Shown: positions 63,721-64,000 of the stretch, in pieces | Numbering within the stretch: the stretch's first letter is position 1 | How the letters are laid out: each line of letters opens with the position of its first letter | Assembly (NCBI RefSeq): GCF_018977255.1 | Contig: NW_024704743.1 | Span: 111,168,001 to 111,232,000 of the forward strand | Direction: 5' to 3' | Length of the DNA stretch: 64,000 nucleotides | From: Callorhinchus milii | Taxonomy: Eukaryota | Position numbers and translations under genes: made by a program | Notes under the pieces: generated by a model | What the model was told of the DNA's origin: nothing | What the model saw: only the letters and a program-made list of their open reading frames with translations | Databases searched by the model: none

Positions 63721-64000
63721 AACAAAAGTTCAGACTCGATGGGCTGAACAGCCTCTTCCTGTGCAGTAACTTTCTGTGATATGAATCCTCTATGATTCCC
63801 AAACACTGTTGTTTTTAGGCTAATATTCATACACATGAAAGTTGTGAACTTTACTCTCTTCAGCTCTCCCCCCCCCCCGCCAGTGAAGGGGTTGGCAGGC
63901 TCCAAGCTGCCACAAGTGATTTGGGGACCAACTATTTCCATAAACTTGGGGGGAGTGGTGCGAGAGTGAGGTAGTACAAGTGATATTCACCTGTGACCAG

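Overview
Repeat-dense eukaryotic (vertebrate) genomic DNA. The repeat set (HER1-type CR1, SacSINE1-like Deu-domain SINEs, a shark-type Penelope-like remnant) points to a cartilaginous fish; this is inference from recalled consensus sequences, not a search. There are no prokaryotic features and no protein-coding gene I can name. Nearly all long ORFs in the track are decayed LINE reverse-transcriptase fragments (CR1 at 8.1-9.8 and 47.1-47.7 kb; many L2 copies) or chance frames. Two tRNA-headed SINE families (here A and B) share an L2-type 3' stem-loop tail. Most notable: (1) three phase-compatible minus-strand candidate exons (17857-17686, 17051-17001, 5407-5186) giving a signal-peptide-like N-terminus of an unidentified protein; (2) a 1089-bp solo LTR inside a SINE with a 39-bp tandem array that reads as RGD repeats; (3) an unclassified structured ~400-bp element flanked by a 7-bp target-site duplication, with several copies; (4) a four-level nest L2>L2>L2>CR1 at 44.5-48.9 kb preserving an L2 5' region that begins at a B-box-like motif; (5) a chimeric tRNA-CORE-Deu SINE. 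I found no convincing new biological system; the findings are leads. Repeat boundaries were read by eye and are approximate unless a junction is quoted.
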